Origin: Bacteroidota bacterium
GTDB taxonomy: Bacteria > Bacteroidota > Bacteroidia > Bacteroidales > DYOH01
Reading direction: 5' to 3'
Assembly (NCBI GenBank): GCA_020048155.1
Contig: JAIFMY010000061.1
Span: 1 to 60,984, forward strand
DNA: 60,984 bases
Part shown: positions 48,450-57,197 of the stretch, in pieces
How positions within the stretch are numbered: position 1 is the stretch's first letter
Layout: each line of letters opens with the position of its first letter
Notes under the pieces: model-generated
Told to the model about the DNA's origin: nothing
The model's input: the letters and a program-made list of their open reading frames with translations, nothing else
The model's database searches: none
Translations under genes and position numbers: made by a program

Positions 48450-51007
48450 TTTTGCCCCCCTCTCCAGTGCGGATTTCCACCAAAGTGCCAGGCAGCCTTT
48501 ATAAAAAATTCGCGCGAAAGAGCCGGCAATGTCTGGTTAAGACCAAAATAGGGTTGAATATATTCGTATTTTCGATTTTGAGTGTTGTTTACACCAAAAC
48601 CAAGTTCAAGTCCCTTCTCGCCTTGATAACCCAAAAATAAATTGGTGACCCAAGTTGAACTAAATTTTTGGTGTACCCCGTATATATTCAATTTTTCGGG
48701 CAATATTACATTCCCATCTATATCTTTAACATCTGGGTATTGCACCAGTGTGAATCCGTAACGCTCTCCAAAGTACTTCGAATTGATATTAAAACTAAAT
48801 TTTTTTGTAAGATACAAGGTAAAATTGAGAGATCCCGAATGCATAGGAAAAGCCAGAACGTTCCAATTGGTAATTGTTTTTCGGTTTTCAGGGTCGTAAG
48901 AGAAAGTAGTAACTTTATAATCCATAGGGACTTTGTGGCCAGCTACGGTATTGAATGAATAATTGGCATCAAATGTACCCCAAGAATACCTGCCTATAAA
49001 TTGCAATTCTAAACCAGAAGAACCCGATTCATCAAAATTTGTATAAAAACGATATCCGGGCAAAGCCATGGCATCCGTTCTGTTTTTTTGTTCAAAAATA
49101 TTGAGCATCAATTGCGACTGGTTGAGCGAATAAACAATCGGATTGCGGGTATGTATATAGAAAATATTGGCAGTAAGCATCACATTTTTTGTTAGTTGCC
49201 TACCCAACTCAAACTCAACTACAGTAGTTTTTTCGGGTTTAAGTTTGCGCTCCATCCACAATATTTCAGAAGTGTCGCCATTAACTATATAATTCTCAGT
49301 ATATGATTGTGCAATATTCCCTGCCGAAGGTGCCCTGAAAGCCCTGTTGAATAAAACCTTAAAATGCCACTCCGCAAATTTGCGGGTAAACCCAATTCGG
49401 GGCGCAAGACTGGAGCCATAGGCAGAGTTCTGGTCATAACGCAATCCGAATGTGATGTTCACTAATGGGAATTTTTGAATTGTCTGATAGTAAGCAGACA
49501 GGTTTCTATAATTTAAATCTTTGATTTCGTTCACCGGGCTCAGCATGTCAAAAGCTTGGGTATAATAATCGATGAAGTATTCGCTTCCGATCATATGACT
49601 TGACCGTACTGAATTGTCATATTGTAAAACACCACCAATTTTAATTCTGCTTGTAAAATTGGTAGATTCGTCATACAACTCATCATTGTTGGTTTCTGTG
49701 TATTGTGAAACAGTATTCAATTTAGGAGTAAAGCTAAAATGTTCTGAGATTTTCCATTTGTAGCTCATTTCAGTAAAATTCATTTTATTCCCAACACGCA
49801 CAGGACGAGAGCCATCTTTGGAAATTTTAGAAATATCCTGCACATTTAAAAAATCGGTAATGGTGCGAATTGAAAAGTTGTTGTAAGTAAAAAGCACATT
49901 GGATAAACTAGGCAACACGTCGGAATTTCCTTTTAGCGAAGCATACTTTCCAATACCAGCACCACTGTTTACCCATTCAGTCATAGGAAAAAAACCAAAA
50001 TAATTGGCATCAGATTGTTGTGCTATGCCGCCATAATACCATACAGAAAGCGCAGCCTTGGTCCATTTTTTCCCGTAGGATATTTTGAACAAATCTGAAG
50101 TGTGCATTTTACTGGTTTGCCCTGTTGAATAACCAACGGAGAGTCCATTCATTTCTCCAGGTGAGTATGTGACTATATTGATGACTGCAAACTCTGCGAA
50201 TCCCCCGTAATTGATACTTCCGGGGCCACGTATAACTTCAATCCGCTTTATAAAATCAACAGGAAAACGTTTGTTAATTGTAAGTTGAGCAGAGTATATA
50301 TCATTCATTTCCTGCCCATCGAGCAGCAACAATACCTTTCCATCGTTGGCCCAATTGCCCCGCACACCAATCCCCAAATTTCCGGCCTCGCCCAAAGCCA
50401 CGTGAAAACCGGGCACAAGCCGCAGCACATCCATGATATCACGAGCACCGAGTGCTTTTATTTGCGCATCTGTGATTACAGTTATCACGCTGGGAGCATT
50501 CCGAATAGACAAATCGACTTGGGTCGATGAGTTGGTAAGCATATTAAGCTCGGTGTGCAATTCAGATTCGCATTTCGATGCCTTTATATCATCAATATCT
50601 TCGATATCAGTATCATAAAAATTATCTTCGAATCGCTTTATACTATCGAGGATGGAATAAGTATGGGTATCTATAAAAAGAGCAGCAGTATCTACATATG
50701 TAATTCCTTTATTTTTGAGTACAGTTATAAGACTGTCTGCTATTTGTACTTCCTTGTGCTTATTCAGATGCTTGTTTAATCCTTCTAATTTATACAACAA
50801 AAACTGACGAAATTCTTCAGATTCGGCCATAATCATTGCTCGCCGTTGTTCGGTTTTGTTGTCAAAAAAATTGTCATGTAACACGGATGAATCAGTGGTC
50901 AAACTGTCAGCATGCATTATTGCAGAGGTATCTGATTGTGCTGATACGCCAATTGGGATAAGCACCAATACTAAATAGCAAAATATGTATCTGTAAATTT
51001 TCATCAT
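48446..51007 (-). CDS. TonB-dependent outer-membrane receptor (non-SusC) with N-terminal extension
   Basis: Plug APSVITVIT...LRLVPG...VRG...LLLDG...IKRIEVIRGPGSINYG...VINIVT; barrel motifs FGLRYD, FRAPS, LKPEK. Start at ATG 51007 (GTG 51049 also possible). Confidence 0.9.
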   Translation of the reverse strand: MMKIYRYIFCYLVLVLIPIGVSAQSDTSAIMHADSLTTDSSVLHDNFFDNKTEQRRAMIMAESEEFRQFLLYKLEGLNKHLNKHKEVQIADSLITVLKNKGITYVDTAALFIDTHTYSILDSIKRFEDNFYDTDIEDIDDIKASKCESELHTELNMLTNSSTQVDLSIRNAPSVITVITDAQIKALGARDIMDVLRLVPGFHVALGEAGNLGIGVRGNWANDGKVLLLLDGQEMNDIYSAQLTINKRFPVDFIKRIEVIRGPGSINYGGFAEFAVINIVTYSPGEMNGLSVGYSTGQTSKMHTSDLFKISYGKKWTKAALSVWYYGGIAQQSDANYFGFFPMTEWVNSGAGIGKYASLKGNSDVLPSLSNVLFTYNNFSIRTITDFLNVQDISKISKDGSRPVRVGNKMNFTEMSYKWKISEHFSFTPKLNTVSQYTETNNDELYDESTNFTSRIKIGGVLQYDNSVRSSHMIGSEYFIDYYTQAFDMLSPVNEIKDLNYRNLSAYYQTIQKFPLVNITFGLRYDQNSAYGSSLAPRIGFTRKFAEWHFKVLFNRAFRAPSAGNIAQSYTENYIVNGDTSEILWMERKLKPEKTTVVEFELGRQLTKNVMLTANIFYIHTRNPIVYSLNQSQLMLNIFEQKNRTDAMALPGYRFYTNFDESGSSGLELQFIGRYSWGTFDANYSFNTVAGHKVPMDYKVTTFSYDPENRKTITNWNVLAFPMHSGSLNFTLYLTKKFSFNINSKYFGERYGFTLVQYPDVKDIDGNVILPEKLNIYGVHQKFSSTWVTNLFLGYQGEKGLELGFGVNNTQNRKYEYIQPYFGLNQTLPALSREFFIKAAWHFGGNPHWRGGQK

Positions 51008-51048
51008 AAATAATAAAAAGGAAATGTTTTTGTAATATCCAAACGTCA

Positions 51049-51447
51049 CTATCTTAACGACAAAATACTCTTTGCCCGAGTAAGCGCCTCATTTACAGTA
51101 GTATCAACATAGTATGGTACAGGCATTTTGGTGATTAGTAAAATGCCTTGAAAAAGCATTTTTACCATTGCATTAGGCACAACAAATATTTGGGCGATGC
51201 ATTCCCGTTTTATTTGAGCAGCATTTTCATTTATCCATTTCCCTTGCTTAATTCTTAGCTTAGAAGAAAGGTACTTAGACTGCGAGGCATCAAATACCAA
51301 AATAAAATTGCTATATTGGGTATATAAAGATTCCATTTTTTTCAGGTACTCTTCGAACACATCTTCAGTGGGTTCAAACTCAGCATATTTTATGATTATA
51401 ATAGGCAACTTCGAATCATCGATGTTGGCATATTGTATTTTTTCCAT
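51049..51447 (-). CDS. STAS/SEC14-like (SpoIIAA-like) small cytoplasmic protein
   Basis: Alternating beta/alpha pattern with ILVFDASQSKYLSS, IFVVPNAMVKMLF and terminal NEAL; first gene of the receptor operon. Confidence 0.6.
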   Translation of the reverse strand: MEKIQYANIDDSKLPIIIIKYAEFEPTEDVFEEYLKKMESLYTQYSNFILVFDASQSKYLSSKLRIKQGKWINENAAQIKRECIAQIFVVPNAMVKMLFQGILLITKMPVPYYVDTTVNEALTRAKSILSLR

Positions 51448-51465
51448 TTCGTATTGTCTTTAGTG

Positions 51466-51473
51466 CAAAAATA
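51466..51473 (-). promoter_or_regulatory. -7 box for the STAS/TBDR/YfiR operon
   Basis: Minus strand TATTTTTG, 18 nt upstream of the ATG. Confidence 0.55.
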
Positions 51474-51645
51474 TAACATTACGTCTAATCTTAATCAGCT
51501 ATTAAACAAATTGGTAGTATAAATTTTTTGTTAAAAAATAAATACTGGATTCTGGCAGATTTCGGAAATAATAACGTGCTATAAAGCAGTTAAGTTTTAT
51601 GGTTTGCTTTTTTTATTTAGCTTTGTTGACCAATGAAAGTTTGAC

Positions 51646-52422
51646 ATGAAATTAAATTTAACTAAGCCTCTCATTTTCTTTGATTTGGAAACAACCGGAC
51701 TGGACATAACCAAAGACCGGATAGTACAAATTGCTATTCTAAAGGTGTTTCCGGATGGGAAAGAAATTTCGCAATCGTGGATAGTAAACCCCTCGGTACC
51801 TATACCCGTAAATGCCAGTAAAATACATGGCATTTATGATAAAGATGTGCAAGGGAAACCATTATTTCAGGAAATTGCAAAAGAGCTGGCTGCCATATTT
51901 CATGGAGCAGACATTGCCGGATACAATTCCAATAAATTCGACATCCCTTTGCTGGCTGAAGAGTTTATACGAGCTGAAACAGATATTGATCTAAAAAAGA
52001 ACAGATTTGTTGACGTACAGGTCATTTTCTTCAAAATGGAACAGCGCACCCTCAGGGCTGCTTATCAGTTTTATTGTGAGCGAGATTTGGTAAATGCGCA
52101 CTCTGCCGATGCCGACACCAAAGCAACTTACGAAATTCTGCAAGCGCAACTAGAACGGTACAACAACCTCACCAACGATATTGGTAAACTTTCCGATTTT
52201 ACAACCCAAGGCAAATCAGCCGATTTTGCAGGTCGCATAGTATACAACGAGGCAGGTGTTGAAATCTTTAATTTCGGAAAACACAAAGGCAAGCCGGTGG
52301 TAGACATACTCAAGGAAGAACCCGGATATTACAGTTGGATGATGAACGGCGATTTCCCGCTTTACACCAAAAAAGTACTTACTGCCATAAAACTCAGGAC
52401 TGCATTCGACAACGTAAAATAA
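51646..52422 (+). CDS. DEDDh 3'-5' exonuclease (DNA polymerase III epsilon-like)
   Basis: ExoI FFDLETTG, ExoII YNSNKFD, ExoIII AHSADADT; C-terminal FGKHKG. Confidence 0.93.
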   Translation: MKLNLTKPLIFFDLETTGLDITKDRIVQIAILKVFPDGKEISQSWIVNPSVPIPVNASKIHGIYDKDVQGKPLFQEIAKELAAIFHGADIAGYNSNKFDIPLLAEEFIRAETDIDLKKNRFVDVQVIFFKMEQRTLRAAYQFYCERDLVNAHSADADTKATYEILQAQLERYNNLTNDIGKLSDFTTQGKSADFAGRIVYNEAGVEIFNFGKHKGKPVVDILKEEPGYYSWMMNGDFPLYTKKVLTAIKLRTAFDNVK

Positions 52423-52432
52423 AAATTTGTGT

Positions 52433-53044
52433 ATGAAAATTTTGTGTATAGGTCGCAATTACATTGAGCATGCCAAAGAGCTAAACAATCCGGTTCCCGT
52501 TGAGCCTGTTTTTTTTCTGAAGCCCGATACGGCCATTATTCGCAACAACGATCCGTTTTTTTACCCCGATTTTTCGAAAGATATACACTACGAAACTGAA
52601 ATAGTGATAAAAATAGACCGCGTAGGCAAAAACATAGCCACCGTATTTGCTCACCGCTATTACAACGAAATAGGACTCGGCATAGATTTTACTGCCCGCG
52701 ACAGGCAGCAGAAAGCCAAAGACAAAGGTTTGCCTTGGGAAATTGCCAAAGCCTTTGATGGCAGCGCCCCACTCGGCAAATTTGTTCCTAAAACCAATTT
52801 CCCGGATTTAGGAAACATTCAGTTTAGCCTGCACAAAAACGGTGAACTGATGCAGAATGGCAACACGAAAGACATGATTTTTAACATAGACTACATAATC
52901 AGTTATTTATCTCAGTTTTTCACCCTCAAGATTGGCGATCTCATTTTTACAGGTACACCTGCAGGAGTCGGTCCCGTTCAAATTGGCGATCATCTGAAAG
53001 CATCTATTGAAGGTGAAACATTTCTGGAATTTGATATAAAATAG
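52433..53044 (+). CDS. Fumarylacetoacetate hydrolase family protein
   Basis: CIGRNYIEHAKEL, FFLKP, HYETE, DFTARDRQ, WEIAKAFD, GDLIFTGTPAGVG. Confidence 0.94.
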   Translation: MKILCIGRNYIEHAKELNNPVPVEPVFFLKPDTAIIRNNDPFFYPDFSKDIHYETEIVIKIDRVGKNIATVFAHRYYNEIGLGIDFTARDRQQKAKDKGLPWEIAKAFDGSAPLGKFVPKTNFPDLGNIQFSLHKNGELMQNGNTKDMIFNIDYIISYLSQFFTLKIGDLIFTGTPAGVGPVQIGDHLKASIEGETFLEFDIK

Positions 53045-53156
53045 CATGGTATGCTTTTGTGTTTCAAACAGAGGGTTTCGAAGAATATTGTAATAAAGTA
53101 TTTTTCTATAGATTTTGTTTAACCCCAGATTAAAAACTATCACATAAATCTATGAG

Positions 53157-53190
53157 GACTTCCCGGTAGTTCCAAAACTTCCGGGAAGTT
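53157..53190. repeat. REP-like palindrome between convergent genes
   Basis: ACTTCCCGG-T-AGTT-CCAA-AACT-T-CCGGGAAGT; GC-rich stem with no U-tract. Confidence 0.55.
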
Positions 53191-53299
53191 GAATTCATAA
53201 AGTCCAGATTATCTGACTAAATAATATCAATTCATGTGCTCCATAAAACATGATTAACACTAAATGCTGAATTTGGGATTAAAAAACAATAAGACAAGA

Positions 53300-53881
53300 T
53301 TACCAAGTCTGTTTGGCAATCACCACTACCATATAATACTGATATATAGAATTAGGCTTTCTAACATACCCAATGCCAATATCTGTGCAATTTGCCCAAA
53401 AATCTTTCATACCCAATAAGTGTTGCCTGTGGCCGGGAGGATTCACTCCTTCGTCAATTATCAGGTCCTTAATGGCAGCTTCGCCCGGAAATACACCCGC
53501 ACTAATGGATTCAAAATAATTGGAAGATCGACTAGAAACCCAAGCGGACTCAAGTGTATAGCCCGCTTCGTGAATCATGATGTTTATGCCATCACCTTCG
53601 GGAGTCACATGGTCGAAATATTCGCGGCTGGCCATATCACGGGCTTTTTTCATAGCCACTTTTGCCAAAGTTTCGTTCCAAACCAAAGCAGGCATAGCAG
53701 GCGCATCTGAAAGATTTACACCAAAACTTGAAGAGTATGCCGAGGGGTTTGCACGAATTTTATTGACATAATCGGCTGCTTTGCGGGCTTCATCCGGTAA
53801 ATCAACTACCTGAGCAGTGCTTGGAAGAAAGCTACCAAAAATCAATACTATAGCTATAAATGTTTTAGAAAGAATTTTCAT
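53300..53881 (-). CDS. CAP (SCP-like) domain secreted protein
   Basis: Signal peptide; VNKIRA, LVWNETL..VA..KARDMA...YFDH, FESI, PPGHRQHLL, IGIGY. Confidence 0.88.
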   Translation of the reverse strand: MKILSKTFIAIVLIFGSFLPSTAQVVDLPDEARKAADYVNKIRANPSAYSSSFGVNLSDAPAMPALVWNETLAKVAMKKARDMASREYFDHVTPEGDGINIMIHEAGYTLESAWVSSRSSNYFESISAGVFPGEAAIKDLIIDEGVNPPGHRQHLLGMKDFWANCTDIGIGYVRKPNSIYQYYMVVVIAKQTW

Positions 53882-54013
53882 AAGTGAGTTGGATTAAAAT
53901 CAATTTATGTTTTACAACATACCTCAGAAAACGGTAATTCAATCCAAATTAGTATAAAATCATTGAAAAAACAAGTAAATTAGATGAAACTTTTAACTTT
54001 AAAACAAAGCAAA

Positions 54014-54523
54014 ATGATAGATCAGTTGATTCAACAAGGAAAAGAAATGCTAGGCACAGAGCTCATGCAAAAAGCAGGCCTATCTGAAACACAATTAGGT
54101 TCAGCACTGGATGTTACCAAAAGTTCTGTTTTTGATGGTCTTAAAACTGCTGCGTTGGGCGGTCAACTCACCGACCTGATGTCAATGTTCAACGGACAAT
54201 CGCCGGTAGACCAAACCAACCCGATTGTGGCCAACATAATAGGCAACAGCGTATCAGGCCTCATACAGCACACTGGCATAGATGCAACGCAGGCAGGTAC
54301 AGTGGCTCAGACTTTGGTTCCGTTTGTAATGTCAAAATTGGGCAATAAAGAAACCGGAGTAGCTGAAAATGAAGGTGCTCTGCTCAACATGCTTGGCATG
54401 GACAAAGACAATGAAATCATAGAGAAACTTTCGCAGTATTTTCCGGGCGCAGATAAGCTTATGGACAAAGCAAAAGACTTTGGCAAAGACTTAGGTAAAA
54501 AATTAGGCGGCCTATTTGACTAG
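54014..54523 (+). CDS. Hypothetical helical protein (DUF937/YidB-like appearance)
   Basis: Gly/Leu-rich amphipathic helices ending LGKKLGGLFD; followed by a terminator. Confidence 0.65.
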   Translation: MIDQLIQQGKEMLGTELMQKAGLSETQLGSALDVTKSSVFDGLKTAALGGQLTDLMSMFNGQSPVDQTNPIVANIIGNSVSGLIQHTGIDATQAGTVAQTLVPFVMSKLGNKETGVAENEGALLNMLGMDKDNEIIEKLSQYFPGADKLMDKAKDFGKDLGKKLGGLFD

Positions 54524-54550
54524 GTAGTTGAATCTGATTCATTTATCCCA

Positions 54551-54595
54551 AAAAAAAACGTTGATTAGCTTTCCAAAACTAATCAACGTTTTTTT
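54551..54595. terminator. Bidirectional intrinsic terminator
   Basis: AAAAAAACGTTGATTAG / CTAATCAACGTTTTTTT perfect stem between convergent genes. Confidence 0.88.
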
Positions 54596-54631
54596 GTTGT
54601 TCAATGGCACCTCAAAAGTATAGGCAATTGA

Positions 54632-55006
54632 CTAAATTATATTGTGAATCATTTTGATAGGCAATTTGGTAATTTTCTGAATGATTTCAGCATATTCCAA
54701 AATGTCATCATCGTCGTAATACCAATTTATTTCAACGTTATCATTTATATCATACAATTCCCGTATTTTCTTCACCATAGTAAAAATCCATTTCGAAGAA
54801 CTGGTGTTGAAATAATCCATCTTGATATTTACAACAGTCTTAGGGCACATCTGTTTCGCATACAAATCAATCCACTGAATCAAAGGCTCGTAGAATGCTG
54901 GAGCGTTCTCAACAATTGACCTTCCGCTAATTTCCAACATCCCTTCCTGTGCATCAAAATTTACAGAGGGCATTTTTTTATTTCCTTTGATAACAATATT
55001 TTCCAT
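54632..55006 (-). CDS. siaC: Second SiaC-family protein (DUF1987), orphan
   Basis: PSVNFD, SGRSIVEN, DYFNTSSSK (Thr68), VEINWYYDDDDILEYAE. Confidence 0.88.
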   Translation of the reverse strand: MENIVIKGNKKMPSVNFDAQEGMLEISGRSIVENAPAFYEPLIQWIDLYAKQMCPKTVVNIKMDYFNTSSSKWIFTMVKKIRELYDINDNVEINWYYDDDDILEYAEIIQKITKLPIKMIHNII

Positions 55007-55064
55007 ATATATATCTGCAAAAATTTCTAAATCAGAAAACGAAAACATCGCTTTATTCGTTCTT

Positions 55065-55072
55065 CAAAGGTA
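55065..55072 (-). promoter_or_regulatory. -7 box for the second siaC
   Basis: Minus strand TACCTTTG. Confidence 0.5.
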
Positions 55073-55121
55073 TAAAAATAAAAAGTAATTTTGATTTTTA
55101 GAATAAAATTAGAAATAAATT

Positions 55122-55763
55122 ATGTTGAAAGATGAAAATTTAGAACCTAAGTACATGGAAATGTGCGTAAGTAGCCACAAAATACTTTCTTCGTACCAGT
55201 TCGGTAAACTCTTGAATAGACAAGGTGAAAACTTGATTTCTCAGCCAAACGCACTGAATTTGCGAACTGCAATATGGAAACATTGGTTGGAAAAATCAGT
55301 TGAGGTACTCAACTCCGACGAAATATTCAAAAGCTACAATGTTTATGAAAAGCTAGCAGCTTTTTATTTTACCTTGTTCATGCAAATGAGCGAACAACAA
55401 GCCTACGTCAGACTTTTGTTCAAACACACCGGATTGCTTCAGATAGTGCCTGAATGTCTGAGTGACCACAAAAACCATTTCATGAATATTTACAAACAAA
55501 TTATAAACGAAGGGATAGATTCGGGGATGATGGAATCTCGCAAAGTGATAGACGGGTATAATCATTACCTCATTTGGATGCAAACGGTATACCTGATTCG
55601 ATTTTGGAGCGCAGACAAAAGCGAAAATAACCTGAATACCGATGCAGCCATCGAAAAAACTACCAACCTGATAGCCGATATATTGGGGCGTAACCTCATA
55701 GATTCGGGATTTGATATGGTAAAATTTTTAATACAAAAAAAAACGGATGAAAGAACAAGATAA
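55122..55763 (+). CDS. TetR-family C-terminal domain protein (TetR_C_23-like), HTH apparently degenerate
   Basis: EKLAAFYFTLF and FWSADKSENNLNTDAAIEKTTNL...IDSGFDMVKFLIQ; overlaps an ABC1 kinase gene, a pairing I recall from other Bacteroidota. Confidence 0.75.
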   Translation: MLKDENLEPKYMEMCVSSHKILSSYQFGKLLNRQGENLISQPNALNLRTAIWKHWLEKSVEVLNSDEIFKSYNVYEKLAAFYFTLFMQMSEQQAYVRLLFKHTGLLQIVPECLSDHKNHFMNIYKQIINEGIDSGMMESRKVIDGYNHYLIWMQTVYLIRFWSADKSENNLNTDAAIEKTTNLIADILGRNLIDSGFDMVKFLIQKKTDERTR

Positions 55764-57069
55764 AATTCCCACCAGTAAGGTGGCCAGAGCTACAAAATTT
55801 CTGAAGGCTGGCGCCAAAGTGGGCGGAAACTACTTAAAACACTATTCGCAGAAACTCATTGGCGATGAAGTAAATGACGACGATCTGCACAAAAAAAACG
55901 CAGCTGAGCTATACGATGCCCTAAGCCAGCTCAAAGGAAGTGCGCTGAAAGTAGCACAAATGCTGAGCATGAACGAAGCCCTGCCTGAGGCCTACAACGA
56001 GCAGTTTGCCATGGCTCAGTTCAAAGCGCCGCCCCTTTCGTTGCCACTTATTGTAAACACCTTTCGCAAGAGTTTTGGCAAAAGTCCGTTCGAAATATTC
56101 AACGAATTCTCGAAAGTGGCAGTGAATGCAGCATCTATAGGACAGGTGCACAGTGCGTTGCAAAACGGGAACAAACTAGCAGTCAAAATCCAATATCCTG
56201 GAATAGCCGATAGCATAAAGTCAGATTTGGCCATTGTAAAACCATTTGCCATGCGCCTTTTCAATCTCAACAAGGACGAAGTAGAATATTACATGAGCGA
56301 AGTTGAAACCAAATTGATTGAAGAAACCGACTATACACTCGAACTTAAAAACGCTCAAATGCTCACGCAAGAATGCAAGCATTTGCCGCACCTCGTTTTT
56401 CCGGAGTACTATCCCGAATTTTCAAACAAATCAATACTCACCATGGGCTGGCTCGAAGGAATTCCACTGAAGGAATATCTGAAAACAAACCCATCTCAAG
56501 AAACCAGGAACAAACTGGGACAATCGCTTTGGGACTTTTACACATACCAAATACATGTATTGCATAAAATGCATGCCGATCCTCATCCCGGTAACTTTGT
56601 CGTTACGCCGGATGAACAACTCGGAATTCTGGATTTTGGTTGCGTATCGGTTATTTCTGAATCATTTTATCATATGTATTTTAAGCTTATTGAGTTCGAT
56701 TACAACAACCTGGGGCAAGAATATATAGACTTACTAAAAGGCATGAATATGATACTACCTACCGACACACCCGAAGTGCAAGAATTGGTAATAGGCATGA
56801 TGACCAAAGTAGTAAGTAAAGTCATTCTACCATTTCAGCACGAGACTTTCGATTTTGGCGACGATTCATTTTTCGATTCGCTCATAGCCCAGGGACGTGA
56901 ATTTGGCGAAGACAAAAGCATACGCAAAATAAATTCAGCCAGAGGTTTGCGCGAAGCAATATATGTAAACCGCACGCATATAGGACTGTTTATGATTTTG
57001 CATGAAATACGTGCAAATATAAACACATCCATTAGCGCAAGACTCAGGTATTTGAAAAGTTTAAACTAA
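55747..57069 (+). CDS. ABC1/UbiB (AarF) atypical kinase
   Basis: LKGSALKVAQMLS, AASIGQVH, AVKIQYPG, EETDY, HADPHPGNF, LDFGC. Confidence 0.94.
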   Translation: MKEQDKIPTSKVARATKFLKAGAKVGGNYLKHYSQKLIGDEVNDDDLHKKNAAELYDALSQLKGSALKVAQMLSMNEALPEAYNEQFAMAQFKAPPLSLPLIVNTFRKSFGKSPFEIFNEFSKVAVNAASIGQVHSALQNGNKLAVKIQYPGIADSIKSDLAIVKPFAMRLFNLNKDEVEYYMSEVETKLIEETDYTLELKNAQMLTQECKHLPHLVFPEYYPEFSNKSILTMGWLEGIPLKEYLKTNPSQETRNKLGQSLWDFYTYQIHVLHKMHADPHPGNFVVTPDEQLGILDFGCVSVISESFYHMYFKLIEFDYNNLGQEYIDLLKGMNMILPTDTPEVQELVIGMMTKVVSKVILPFQHETFDFGDDSFFDSLIAQGREFGEDKSIRKINSARGLREAIYVNRTHIGLFMILHEIRANINTSISARLRYLKSLN

Positions 57070-57197
57070 AATAAACATTTTACGAAAATATAGGGCGCAC
57101 ATATTCCATTTCATTAAAAAGTAAAACCAAAAAAATATTTACTAGGCTGGCATTTTTTTTATACTTTTCGGGTAAAATAGAGCTATAAAATGATAGC

